From Candidatus Magasanikbacteria bacterium GW2011_GWA2_56_11 (GTDB lineage Bacteria; Patescibacteriota; Patescibacteriia; Magasanikbacterales; UBA922): 54,914 nt of DNA. This document shows positions 8,905 to 18,935 of this stretch, in pieces (position 1 is the stretch's first letter; every line of letters begins with the position of its first letter). Below the pieces are notes generated by a model. It was given only the letters and a program-made list of their open reading frames with translations. It was not told the DNA's origin and did not search any database. The translations under genes and the position numbers were made by a program. The DNA is taken from NCBI GenBank assembly GCA_001004885.1, contig LCRX01000015.1, positions 1-54,914 of the forward strand, written 5' to 3'.

Positions 8905-10791
8905 ATGCCAAATTTTCACCTCACTCAGGTCGGCAGCGCGCCCCCGCCGGAAGAAGATATTTGCTTGTTTGCCCAGACTAATTACCGCAATCACCTGCGG
9001 CGTTTTGGCATCAAGGTAGACGACCGGCGGCGGCACATGTATGTGATCGGCAAGACGGGTATGGGCAAGACTACCATGCTCGAAAATATGGTGCTGTCCG
9101 ACGTTTACAAGGGGCACGGCGTGGGTATCGTCGATCCGCACGGCGATTTTGCCGAGAAAATTATTGATTTTATACCGGCCAACCGGATTAACGATGTGGT
9201 CTACTTCAACCCCGCGGACATGGATCACCCGATCGGCTTTAACGTGCTTGAGGTTCACAGCGAAGAAGAAAAACACTTGATCGCCGCCGGTCTCATGGGT
9301 ATTTTCAAAAAAATCTGGCCGGACGTGTGGAGTTCGCGCATGGAGTACATTCTTAATAACACGATTTTAGCGCTGCTTGACTACCCGGGTTCCACCCTTC
9401 TCGGCATTAACCGCCTGTTGGCCGACAAGGAATACCGCCGCAAGGTCGTCCGCCAGCTTAGGGATCCGGTCGTCAAAGCCTTCTGGCAAAACGAGTTCGC
9501 GAGTTACAATGACCGCTACGCGCAAGAAGCGGTGGCGCCGATTCAAAATAAAATCGGCCAGTTTTTGTCGGCTTCGGTGATCCGCAATATTGTCGCTCAG
9601 GTTAATTCCACGATCAACATCCGCGAGATCATGGACTCCAAAAAAATTCTCATCATGAACCTGTCCAAGGGCCGCATTGGCGAGGACAACAGCCGGCTTT
9701 TGGGCGGCATGCTGATCACCAAAATCCAGCTCGCGGCCATGGAGAGAGTAGACACGCCGGAAGATCAGCGCCAGGATTTTTTTCTTTATGTCGACGAGTT
9801 TCAGAATTTCGCTTCTCCGAGCTTCGCCAACATTCTCTCGGAGGCCCGCAAGTACCGCCTGAGCTTGATTATGGCCCACCAGTACGTGATGCAGCTCGAC
9901 GAGGTGGTGGCCGACGCTGTTTTCGGCAACGTCGGCACGATTGTTTCTTTCCGTGTAGGCGGCGGAGATGCCGAAACTCTGACCAAAGAGTTTACGCCGG
10001 TTTTTTTGGAAGAAGACGTGGTTAACCTGGCCAAGTACCAGATCATCCTCAAGCTCATGATCGACGGCGTGGCCTCGCAGCCGTTTAGCGCCATGACCAT
10101 GCCGCCGATAGGTTCACGCACGGGCGTGAGCGACAAAGTGATCCGGGTTTCACGGGAACACTACTCCAAGAAGCGGGAGGTTATAGAAGACAAAATTATC
10201 CGCTGGAGCGGCATGGGCGAGGGCGGAGGCGACGATGAAGAAGACGCCGAGGTGGAACCGCCGCCGAGAAGCGCGCCGCCGGCCAAGTCCAACCCGCCAA
10301 CAGCCCGGCCGGCGGCTGAACCGGGAAAAACTCTGTCCCTAAAGGACTTACTGCCCAAATCAGCTCCTCCGGAAGCCGCGGTGGTTTTGAATTTACCGGC
10401 GCCAGAGCCAAAAGCGCAGCTGGCGGTGAAAACTGGCGCGCAAACCGCTCTGGCTGCGCCGAACCAGCAGGCCACCGCTGTCCAGTCCGGCGGCCGGGAC
10501 GGAGAGGGCGATAAGAAACGGCGGCGCAAACGCAAGCGGAAGAAAAATAATTCAGCCGCCTCGGAGATCGTCGGCAACCCAGCCGGCCGCGGACCGGGAG
10601 AACCGCACCGTACGCCGCCACTAGACTCTCCGGCGCCGGCGGCTCCCGTCGCTACGGCAGTTCAGAGCAGTCCGGCACCGCAGCCGATCCAAACTGGTCC
10701 GGCCATAGAGGTCGCCGCGGCCGCGCCAAAGAGCCCGCCTAAACCGACAGAGCAGCCGATTGCGCCGGATCAAGTTATTAGTTTTGATTAA
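8905..10791 (+). CDS. TraG/VirD4-like (HerA/FtsK superfamily) ATPase with Pro/Ala-rich disordered tail
   Basis: RRRHMYVIGKTGMGKTT Walker A, YVDEFQNF Walker B, LSEARKYRLSLIMAHQY; low-complexity C-terminal ~190 aa. Confidence 0.85.
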   Translation: MPNFHLTQVGSAPPPEEDICLFAQTNYRNHLRRFGIKVDDRRRHMYVIGKTGMGKTTMLENMVLSDVYKGHGVGIVDPHGDFAEKIIDFIPANRINDVVYFNPADMDHPIGFNVLEVHSEEEKHLIAAGLMGIFKKIWPDVWSSRMEYILNNTILALLDYPGSTLLGINRLLADKEYRRKVVRQLRDPVVKAFWQNEFASYNDRYAQEAVAPIQNKIGQFLSASVIRNIVAQVNSTINIREIMDSKKILIMNLSKGRIGEDNSRLLGGMLITKIQLAAMERVDTPEDQRQDFFLYVDEFQNFASPSFANILSEARKYRLSLIMAHQYVMQLDEVVADAVFGNVGTIVSFRVGGGDAETLTKEFTPVFLEEDVVNLAKYQIILKLMIDGVASQPFSAMTMPPIGSRTGVSDKVIRVSREHYSKKREVIEDKIIRWSGMGEGGGDDEEDAEVEPPPRSAPPAKSNPPTARPAAEPGKTLSLKDLLPKSAPPEAAVVLNLPAPEPKAQLAVKTGAQTALAAPNQQATAVQSGGRDGEGDKKRRRKRKRKKNNSAASEIVGNPAGRGPGEPHRTPPLDSPAPAAPVATAVQSSPAPQPIQTGPAIEVAAAAPKSPPKPTEQPIAPDQVISFD

Positions 10792-10880
10792 TGCCGAGCT
10801 AGCCCCCGCCTTCTCTGGTTTTCTGTATTAACCTTGAGGTTTTTTTGGTCCGGGTGTAAGGTTTTAAAAAACCTTGAGCT

Positions 10881-12297
10881 ATGAGCTGCAAGAATTACCA
10901 GTGGGAGGTTATTGCCCACGACTACCACTCGCCTCTATTCCGAAACCAGATTTGGACCCGGTCTCTTTTTCGCCAGGCTGAGCTGCTCGAAATACCTCGG
11001 GCCGTGGCTGGGTTTGCCGCCGATGGCGTGAGAGTGGAATACCTGACCGATATTTCCACCTGGGGCAGGGCGCACGAAGCCCTGCGGGCTTTGGCCGAGG
11101 GGGATGTTCGTTTTTTACGGTCGCTAATCGAGCGGACAGAAATTTACTGCCAGGACATGGTAGCCTGGGGCGAGAAATTTTTGCCCCCCGCTTCGCTCAA
11201 CGACGCCTCGCCGGCAGAGCTGTGCCAATGGCTCGATGAGTTTACGACGCGGCAGGAAACCGCGTACGCGCTCGGGATCGCGCCAGTCATTCTGGATTTT
11301 TCCGGTTTCTCATTTGTCGAGAGTAATCTGGAAAAAGTTCTCCGGGCCAAAGCGCCTCCGGAGAAATATCAGGAGTATTATCAAGTTTTTACCGCCCCGC
11401 CAGCGGCTTCGTTTTCCCAAGACCAGGAAACGGCTTTGCTTGAGTTGCTCAAGAGTTTTTACCACCGCTCCGGATTCAGGCAACGGGTGTTGGACAGTTC
11501 CTGGATAGAATTGCGGCAGAGCGAGCCGGAATTCGCGGCGCGCCTCCAGGCGCACGCCGCGGCCTGGGGCTGGGTGTACTATGTGTATGCCGGCCCGGCT
11601 TTTTCGCCCGAGCAATTTCTGGAGTTTGTCCGCGGCCATTTAAAACGCAATGTCAGCCCCGAACAAGCGCTGGCGGCCGCGGCCGCCTCATTGCGGGTGG
11701 CAAACGAAAATAAAGCTCGACTCAATGAATTGCTCCGTCCGACTGGCTTTGAACAGGAAATATTCGATCTCGCGGGCCTGGTTGTCTGGTCCAAACCGCG
11801 GCGCAAGGCTCGATGGCAGCGAGGTAGACGCACATATTATTAATGAGATCATTAAATTCCACCTCTGCCTGCCAAACGACGACGGTACCCTCGCGATTTT
11901 TTATGGCGAGGAGGCGCGCGCGATGAACCGAAAGATCAATCGCCCGATCGAAAACCAGGACTACGCGCGGCTCTCGGAACTCCGCGGAACAACGGCCTGT
12001 CCGGGCACGGCCAGCGGGACAGTCCGGATTATCAATACTATCAGCGATATCGCTAAGATGCGGGACGGCGATATCCTAATTTCTTCGGCTACCACGCCGA
12101 GCATTATCACGGCTTTGCGCCGGGCCGCGGCGATCGTTACGGACGAGGGCGGCCTGACGTGCCACGCGGCTATCGTGAGCCGCGAACTCAACATTCCTTC
12201 CATCGTCGGCACGAAAATCGCGACCAAAGTTTTTGCCGACGGCGACCGGGCGGAAGTAGACGCCACCTTAGCGATTATTAAGCGCCTTAACTCTTAA
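10881..12297 (+). pseudogene. PEP-utilising swivel His-domain protein, copy A (long class), frameshifted at ~11808
   Basis: N-part is ORF 10881..11843 (WGWVYYVYAGP, KPRRK); C-part in another frame has LRGTTACPGTASG...DEGGLTCHAAIVSRELNIP. Confidence 0.85.
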
Positions 12298-12300
12298 ATT

Positions 12301-13620
12301 ATGAGGTTGCCGGAAATCAAAGACCCCTTTCTTTTTGGCGAATGGTTTGGGTTGTACTGGTTTCACAGCTGCTATGTTACCGGGTTGACCGAGACAATCC
12401 GCGAGCGGCTGGGATACGGTTTGAATTGCTTTGTCGCCGAACTGGAGGGCGATGTTCAGCGTTTCTATTTTTCCCGGCTCGAATGGACCGAAATCGGGCG
12501 GCGCTACCTCGAAGAGGTAATAGCCGAACCCGCCAATCTCGAGGCCCTGCTTAGCGACATTAGAAAGGCGGCCGACGGGCTGATGAATTTCTCCCGCGAC
12601 TTGAAGAAGGTTGTCGCCGATCAGGAGATACCCGGCACCAATTTGGCCGCGGTCGTGCGCGCTTATCACGGCCACCATCACGCGGTCTGGTCGCTCGGAC
12701 AGGTACCCAACGTACTCGAGCTCGAAAATTCTTTTTTAACGGATTATCTAAAGGTCTGGTTAAAGGAGCGCGGACTGGCACCTGATGAAGTCCAAAACGC
12801 CTTCCAGGCTCTCGTTACTCCGCGCGAGCTTTCACTGGCGCAAAAGGAAGAGCGCGCGATGCTCGGACTGGCACAGGCAGAAAATCCCGGCGATAGTCTG
12901 ACCAACCACTGGCAGACATATTCGTGGCTTCAGTTCGGCTGGACCGGGCCGAGCCTGACTCGCGAATATTTTCAGGAAGTACAGCGCGGCTTGTACCGCG
13001 AGGGCCAAGCCGAGGCGAAGCTGGCTCAAGTACTCGCGCGGGATAAGGGACTGCTGGCCGATAAAGAGACCTGGGCCGAACGCCTGTGCCTGCCGGTAAA
13101 CATCCGCCGGCTGTTTCGGCTTCTCGAAGAGACTCTGTTCGTCAAAGCTCACCGGATGGACGCGCTTTTTATGAGCTACGAGGCGATTGAACCGGTGCTG
13201 CGCCGGATCGCCCGCGAACATTATCTCTCGCTCGGACAGGTTTACGCGCTCTACCCGGATATGCTCTCCGGCTGCCTGGAAAAGGGGGAGTTTGATCCGC
13301 ACCTGTGTAACCAGCTCATGACATACTCAGCCCGCTATTATGACGGCCAGGTTAGCATCGTCAACCGGGCGCAGGAAATGGACAAGTTCGCAAACGGCGA
13401 TATCCTCGTCTCGAATGTAACCGATCCGACGCTTTTGCCGATAATGAAAAAAGCCAGCGCTTTCGTAACCAATATGGGCGGGATGACGTGCCACGCGGCC
13501 ATCGTGGCCCGCGAGCTGCAAAAGCCGTGCGTAGTGGGCACCAAAATCGCCACCCGGATTTTTAAAGATGGCGAGATGATCGAGGTTGACGCGGGTGCCG
13601 GAATTGCCCGAAGGCTGTAG
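12301..13620 (+). CDS. PEP-utilising swivel His-domain protein, copy B (long class), apparent in-frame deletion at ~13350
   Basis: YSWLQFGWTGP; NMGGMTCHAAIVARELQKP; lacks the LxGxxAxPG strand that precedes the domain in its paralogs. Confidence 0.85.
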   Translation: MRLPEIKDPFLFGEWFGLYWFHSCYVTGLTETIRERLGYGLNCFVAELEGDVQRFYFSRLEWTEIGRRYLEEVIAEPANLEALLSDIRKAADGLMNFSRDLKKVVADQEIPGTNLAAVVRAYHGHHHAVWSLGQVPNVLELENSFLTDYLKVWLKERGLAPDEVQNAFQALVTPRELSLAQKEERAMLGLAQAENPGDSLTNHWQTYSWLQFGWTGPSLTREYFQEVQRGLYREGQAEAKLAQVLARDKGLLADKETWAERLCLPVNIRRLFRLLEETLFVKAHRMDALFMSYEAIEPVLRRIAREHYLSLGQVYALYPDMLSGCLEKGEFDPHLCNQLMTYSARYYDGQVSIVNRAQEMDKFANGDILVSNVTDPTLLPIMKKASAFVTNMGGMTCHAAIVARELQKPCVVGTKIATRIFKDGEMIEVDAGAGIARRL

Positions 13621-13628
13621 TTGATTAT

Positions 13629-14714
13629 ATGTCAGCCAAAAAATCAATCAGGCAGATAATTGAGGTTACAGACTGGGAGAAAAAATGGGCGCTCGCCCAC
13701 TTTACGCTGCTCACCTGTTCGTCTATTGGCGAGTACTATTTTACCTCTTGCCGTAAACGTCATGGCCTAACCCTCAGCCATAACTTTTTTAAATACAGCA
13801 ATGGGCCGGTCGTGGGCTACCAGTCAAAATCCGAAAACGATTACTTTGGGCAGACACTGGCCGCAGAACTGGCGCGGAATCCGCTGCTGGCCGCAGAACT
13901 GGCCCGCGAACTAAAGGAACGCACCGATGAAATTCAAGCTTTTATTGGCAGACCGATGGCGGAGCTCGCTACCCAGGCTGCGTACACCCAGTTTGATCAT
14001 TTGTATTCCGACTACTTGCCGCCTTATATAATGGTTACTCGGGCGGCAAATTATTTATCCGCCGAAACTCAAGGACCTATCTTGGAGACACTTCGCGACG
14101 TGCGTTTCTATACTGAACCGCTCTACGAATTAGTTGACGAATTTTTTATCCGTTTACTCGATTATGTAGCCCGGCGCGAGCAAACAGACCCTGAAACAGC
14201 GCGGCTTCTTACCCGAAATGAACTTTTGGCCTATTTTGAAACCGCGCGTCTGCCCGAAGAAACGTCTTTAAGAGAGCGCAAACTGTGCGGATTATATTTT
14301 GCCGCCGCCGAAGGACAGTTCGTCTCGGATCAGGAAAGCAAACTCTTTGAAGAACAAATTTTGCCGGCTGCCGGCGAGAGGGAAAGGGAACTGTCCGGGC
14401 AAACAGCTTCTCCGGGAAAGGCTTCCGGTAGGGTAAGGATTATTTTCGAACCTAGCAAAATTCACGATTTTTTGCCAGGAGATATTCTGATTACGACCAT
14501 GACTAGGCCGGCTTTTGTCCCGCTCATGGAATTGGCCGGCGCCATTGTTACCGATGCCGGCGGGGTACTCTGTCATGCCGCCATAGTATCGCGTGAACTG
14601 GGCGTACCGTGCGTGATCGGTACGCAGATGGCGACGCAGCTCCTAAAAGAGGGGGAGATAGTGGAAGTTGACGCCACCCACGGGATCGTGCGAAAACTTA
14701 ATCCGGCATCATAA
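13629..14714 (+). CDS. PEP-utilising swivel His-domain protein, copy C (short class)
   Basis: LSGQTASPGKASG...DAGGVLCHAAIVSRELGVPCVIG. Confidence 0.9.
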   Translation: MSAKKSIRQIIEVTDWEKKWALAHFTLLTCSSIGEYYFTSCRKRHGLTLSHNFFKYSNGPVVGYQSKSENDYFGQTLAAELARNPLLAAELARELKERTDEIQAFIGRPMAELATQAAYTQFDHLYSDYLPPYIMVTRAANYLSAETQGPILETLRDVRFYTEPLYELVDEFFIRLLDYVARREQTDPETARLLTRNELLAYFETARLPEETSLRERKLCGLYFAAAEGQFVSDQESKLFEEQILPAAGERERELSGQTASPGKASGRVRIIFEPSKIHDFLPGDILITTMTRPAFVPLMELAGAIVTDAGGVLCHAAIVSRELGVPCVIGTQMATQLLKEGEIVEVDATHGIVRKLNPAS

Positions 14715-14722
14715 GCGACGCT

Positions 14723-15796
14723 ATGTCTGCCCGCCAGCTTGCCTTCATCTTTACCCGCGACTTTTCCCTGTGGATCAACGAAATTATCCGCCGGGAGTAT
14801 GTAAACGAGTTCCCCAAAATATGGGGCCGCGGGCTTGAAGACCAGCTGGTACACTTCGACGGCCGAGTGTCCCGCTGGTACCGTTACGCCGATGATTATG
14901 AGGCTTTGGCGGAATATGTCTGCCGACTGGACTTGTCTCACCCGCTGTTTAGCGTGCCTGTGCACAAGAAATTTCGCGAGATGGCCGAAGGTCTTAAGAT
15001 TTTTATGCGCGCGGCTGGGGACGGCCAAGATGAGTATGCGCGCCTGCGCGAATTCAGCCGCTTGTTTCAAGAAATGTATCCAGTGTACACTTTCTCTATC
15101 TTCTTGGCCGGTGCTTGGCGCGAGCGGTTTCTGGCGCTGCATGGTCCGGCCGGGCAGACGGCGGTCGACCTGGCGTATGAGAGCCGGATTTTGACTGAGG
15201 GCCTGATAAAATTATCGGACTTGTACTTGCTCGGGCAGCTGGCGCCGAAATTGGCTGAGCGCGGCTATCCGGATGTATCGGCCAAACTCTGTACTGTGGC
15301 CGAAGTGGAAGAGGCATTTCGTTCCGGACGACTCCCGGACCAAGACATTTTGGCAGAGCGGGCTCGGGGATACTTTCTTTGGCGGGGCGGTATTGTGCCA
15401 ATCGCGGAACCCGAAGCTTTTTTGGCCCAACATTCCCTGGAGTTGTCCACGGTAATTATTGGGGACGGGCTCTCCTGCCAGGGTACTATGGCCTGTACCG
15501 GGGCTTTAGTACGCGCTCCCGCCCAGGTAATTTTTACGACTGAAGAAATCAAAGGCTTCCGCCCCGGTTCAATCCTCGTTACCCCCATGACTTCGGTCGA
15601 GTATCTGTCGGCGATGAAGCAGGCAGCCGCCATTGTAACCGACGAAGGCGGCCTGACTTGCCACGCGGCGATCGTGGCGCGGGAGCTGGGAGTGCCGTGC
15701 GTGATTGGCACCAAAGTGGCGACGCGGATTATTAAGGAGGGAGATATCGTCGAGGTAGATACCCGGACGGGCCAACTGCGGATTGTTAAACCCTAG
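14723..15796 (+). CDS. PEP-utilising swivel His-domain protein, copy D (short class)
   Basis: CQGTMACTG...DEGGLTCHAAIVARELGVPCVIG. Confidence 0.9.
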   Translation: MSARQLAFIFTRDFSLWINEIIRREYVNEFPKIWGRGLEDQLVHFDGRVSRWYRYADDYEALAEYVCRLDLSHPLFSVPVHKKFREMAEGLKIFMRAAGDGQDEYARLREFSRLFQEMYPVYTFSIFLAGAWRERFLALHGPAGQTAVDLAYESRILTEGLIKLSDLYLLGQLAPKLAERGYPDVSAKLCTVAEVEEAFRSGRLPDQDILAERARGYFLWRGGIVPIAEPEAFLAQHSLELSTVIIGDGLSCQGTMACTGALVRAPAQVIFTTEEIKGFRPGSILVTPMTSVEYLSAMKQAAAIVTDEGGLTCHAAIVARELGVPCVIGTKVATRIIKEGDIVEVDTRTGQLRIVKP

Positions 15797-15804
15797 CGAA
15801 AAGT

Positions 15805-17343
15805 ATGTCTGAAAAAATCTGGCGGGAAAATTTTAGTATGACCAGGGGTAACGTGGATCTCAAGGTTTTGTGGTACTTGCCCGGAAGCGTGATAGAGTAT
15901 GCCCACCAAACCGGCGTGGGAAAAAATCTTCAGGACGGCTTTATACATTTTGCGGCCGGGGGCGCTGTATGCTATTTTCCGGTTGACCAAATTGAGGCGT
16001 ACGTTGACGAGCTGGTCGAAAAAGTCGTGCGCGACCGGCTGTGGGTAAAAGAGATCCACGATAAGTGTCGGGCCTATAATGCCGAGTACTTCGCGTCTGC
16101 CCGTGAGGTGGAACACCTGGACCTCTTGAATTTGAGTAACACAGAGCTCGCGGCAATTGGCCGCCGGTTATCACAGATGCAGGAGAAGAGCCACATGATA
16201 GCTGTTTCGACCACCTGGCTCGTAGATTCAAACGGCGAGACTTTCTCCAAAATGGTGATGGCAAAGTTGCGGCGAGCTTTGCCCGAGGAATCCGGCCTCG
16301 AACCTATGTACACCTACAGCATACTAAGTACGCCGACAGCAACGAATTTTACCTTAGATGAAGAGCGGGATTTTATCTCTCTGGCCAAGCACCTGGCCGC
16401 CGACCCGGTGACGCGCGCTTTTTTTACTGCCGGCAGGGATTTGACGGCAGACTTTGCTCTGCTTAGCATTGATGCCCAGGAAGCGATCAAAGCCCACGCG
16501 GACAAGTGGTGCTGGGTTCCTTATACTTATGTCGGACCAGCCTACGCGCTCGGTCATTACCTCGAAGAACTTAGACAATTATTTTCTGCCGCTACCAGCC
16601 TAGACGAGTTAGAGGCGGATGCCTTGTCGCGCCTAAAGACAATCGCCGAGAAACAGACAGAGATATTGTCCAAGTTTTACCTGCCAGACGAGGTAAAATA
16701 CTTGCTCGATATAACTCGCGAGATTATCTGGCTCAAAGACTACCGCAAATACTGTATGTACTATGGCTGCTATGTTCTCGACCGGGTCCACCGCGAATCG
16801 GCCCGGCGCCTGGCGTTGTCGTTGTCCCAGGTGAACCACCTGACTGCGGACGAACTGGCCCAGGCGCTTTCGGGCGGGCCATGTGACGGGGATTTGCTTA
16901 ACGAGCGGAAAAAGCTTTGCGTCCTTAGCTATACCGCCGGCAGGCAGGAGATTCTAACCGGCCAGGCAGCCGCAGACTTTCTGGCCGCCAAAAAAATCGA
17001 ACAGCCGGCAGCCGAGCCCAACGCGGATTTGCGCGGCACCTGCGCCTGCCCGGGGCACGTCCAGGGCACGGTTAAAATAATCAACCGGCCCGAGGAAATG
17101 GACAAAATGAACCTGGGCGATATCCTGGTGGCGCACACGACTTTCCCCAGTCTCTTGCCGGCCATGAAAAAAGCCGCGGCCATAGTTACCGAGGACGGCG
17201 GCGTTACCTGCCACGCGGCGATCGTGGCGCGCGAGTTCAATATTCCCTGCGTGGTCGGGATAAGAAAAGTTACCCAGTTAGTGCGGGACGGGGATATCAT
17301 CGAGGTGGACGCGATTGAAGGATTCATAAAGAGAATCGCCTGA
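15805..17343 (+). CDS. PEP-utilising swivel His-domain protein, copy E (long class)
   Basis: WCWVPYTYVGP, KDYRK; LRGTCACPG...EDGGVTCHAAIVAREFNIP. Confidence 0.9.
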   Translation: MSEKIWRENFSMTRGNVDLKVLWYLPGSVIEYAHQTGVGKNLQDGFIHFAAGGAVCYFPVDQIEAYVDELVEKVVRDRLWVKEIHDKCRAYNAEYFASAREVEHLDLLNLSNTELAAIGRRLSQMQEKSHMIAVSTTWLVDSNGETFSKMVMAKLRRALPEESGLEPMYTYSILSTPTATNFTLDEERDFISLAKHLAADPVTRAFFTAGRDLTADFALLSIDAQEAIKAHADKWCWVPYTYVGPAYALGHYLEELRQLFSAATSLDELEADALSRLKTIAEKQTEILSKFYLPDEVKYLLDITREIIWLKDYRKYCMYYGCYVLDRVHRESARRLALSLSQVNHLTADELAQALSGGPCDGDLLNERKKLCVLSYTAGRQEILTGQAAADFLAAKKIEQPAAEPNADLRGTCACPGHVQGTVKIINRPEEMDKMNLGDILVAHTTFPSLLPAMKKAAAIVTEDGGVTCHAAIVAREFNIPCVVGIRKVTQLVRDGDIIEVDAIEGFIKRIA

Positions 17344-17345
17344 AT

Positions 17346-17494
17346 ATGAAAAGCCATTATTTTGCCACGCCGCGGTAGTGGCCAGGGAGTTGGGCGTGCC
17401 GTGCGTGGTGGGACTGAAAAATGCGACGCGAAACTTTTTCGATGGCGAGCGAATATTGGTTGAGGCCGATAAAGGCAAAGTGACAATTTTGTAA
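17346..17494 (+). pseudogene. remnant of a swivel His-domain gene, copy F
   Basis: not in the ORF track: 17357-17494 reads LFCHAAVVARELGVPCVVGLKNATRNFFDGERILVEADKGKVTIL*; an out-of-frame ATG at 17346 sits 2 nt after the copy E stop. Confidence 0.85.
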
Positions 17495-17509
17495 ATTAAA
17501 CGGCGAACT

Positions 17510-18928
17510 ATGGAGAAGGCGCAACAGATAGCCGAATTAAAAAGGGGCATTGCGAAATATTTGCCTGTGATGACAGAATTTTTTGACTATCCTTACACTG
17601 TGGCAGAGCATGCGCAGCGCCTGCATGAATCCTCTGCCGACAGCGAACAGGTATTGCGGCAGCGGCCGGTTGCCCAGGTAGTCGAACAGTATATACAGCG
17701 GGTCTTTAATCGTTCAGTGAACCTGCAAAAACCGCTCGTCATAAACATCGTTGATCACCATGCTCCTTTGACCCACCCGATTCTTTTGGCCACGAATATT
17801 GCTTCGCATATCCATAGATTGGTATCGGACGCGAAGCCCGAGGAGCCTATAATAGTCTTTTCGAGCGGAATTGTACCGCCTAATAATTTTCTGAATAAAA
17901 AAGGTTTTCACTTGCACGACAAACAAATTTCACTTTTTTCGGGCAAACAGCTGCATCAGGCGGCGTTCTTTATGTCATCCCAGCGGTTCAATTTTACCGA
18001 CCGGCTAAAAAATAACAGCCAGTGGACCGAGTTCACCCCGGAAGAGCAGGATTTTTTGCTTAATTTCGAGGCGGAGCTATTAAAAATAGATTTATCCCGA
18101 GCCCAAAATTACGCCGATCAGGTAAGTATTGTTAATAATTGGATCTGGAAAAAATTGTTTGCTCCCGACATGACAGGAGCTGTCCCGGAACTTTATTACA
18201 TTCCCATCGAGGAGATATTCAATCAAGGCATAGAAACTGCTCTTGACCCCCTGACTCTGACCGCGCAGACGTTGTTTACGGCCCCCTACCGGACCCGCGT
18301 TTTGCATAAATTTGACGGCATAGCCGGCTGCTGGACGGAGCTGACAAAAAAGGGAACGCATTTTTTCTGGCTGCGTAACGGCGATAATATCCCTGAACGC
18401 CTCTGCCTCGACAACGACAAACTTATTTCTGAAGATGGCGCGACCAAAGTTAGTCTGGATAAAGGTTCATTGGCGCGTGAGGCGCACTCCCGGTCCATAA
18501 TTCCAGCAATGTTTACTCTCCACTCTTGGCTTACATTTTGGTGCGGCATCAGGCCTTTGGTCGGCTACGGTTCCAGTACCTATCTCACGAGAATGAAAGA
18601 GGCCTGGCTAGAGGTTCTGGTCCAAGGCCAGGCCGAAGAGCGGGAAAGAATCGCGCGTCTAGACACTAAGGGCCTCATAGGCGGGGAGATACTCACCTAC
18701 AAAAGAGGCCTGGACGGCAAGCTCAAAGAGCAGTACGCTTTGGATATCATATTCCAAGGGGGATTATCCAGAGAATACCTCAACAACCTAGGCCGTATGA
18801 AATTTTCCGACGTACTCGCTCCGGCCTTACCTTCGATCTATGATAGTTACGTCCCCACAGCGGAAAAGTTCCCGCATACTTTGGCAGCTCGAGATTTAAT
18901 GAGTAGTTCGTTTAACTGGATTGCCTAG
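17510..18928 (+). CDS. hypothetical protein embedded in the array
   Basis: 472-aa ORF; INIVDHHAPLTHP and FSSGIVPPNNF motif-like segments; no His-swivel domain. Confidence 0.8.
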   Translation: MEKAQQIAELKRGIAKYLPVMTEFFDYPYTVAEHAQRLHESSADSEQVLRQRPVAQVVEQYIQRVFNRSVNLQKPLVINIVDHHAPLTHPILLATNIASHIHRLVSDAKPEEPIIVFSSGIVPPNNFLNKKGFHLHDKQISLFSGKQLHQAAFFMSSQRFNFTDRLKNNSQWTEFTPEEQDFLLNFEAELLKIDLSRAQNYADQVSIVNNWIWKKLFAPDMTGAVPELYYIPIEEIFNQGIETALDPLTLTAQTLFTAPYRTRVLHKFDGIAGCWTELTKKGTHFFWLRNGDNIPERLCLDNDKLISEDGATKVSLDKGSLAREAHSRSIIPAMFTLHSWLTFWCGIRPLVGYGSSTYLTRMKEAWLEVLVQGQAEERERIARLDTKGLIGGEILTYKRGLDGKLKEQYALDIIFQGGLSREYLNNLGRMKFSDVLAPALPSIYDSYVPTAEKFPHTLAARDLMSSSFNWIA

Positions 18929-18935
18929 ACCCACT

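Noticed and set aside
8905-10791. Conjugative element or T4SS locus
   Set aside because: Only a lone coupling-protein-like ATPase is present; no relaxase or VirB genes nearby, and such genes are routine in CPR chromosomes.
10830-10878. Palindrome aaggtttt-aa-aaaacctt and repeated aaccttgag upstream of the array as an operator
   Set aside because: Short, AT-rich, single occurrence and no regulator nearby; not distinguishable from chance.
11795-11820. Programmed ribosomal frameshift joining the two halves of copy A
   Set aside because: No slippery heptamer or obvious stimulatory structure, and tens of residues present in paralogs B/E/K are missing, which fits a deletion better.
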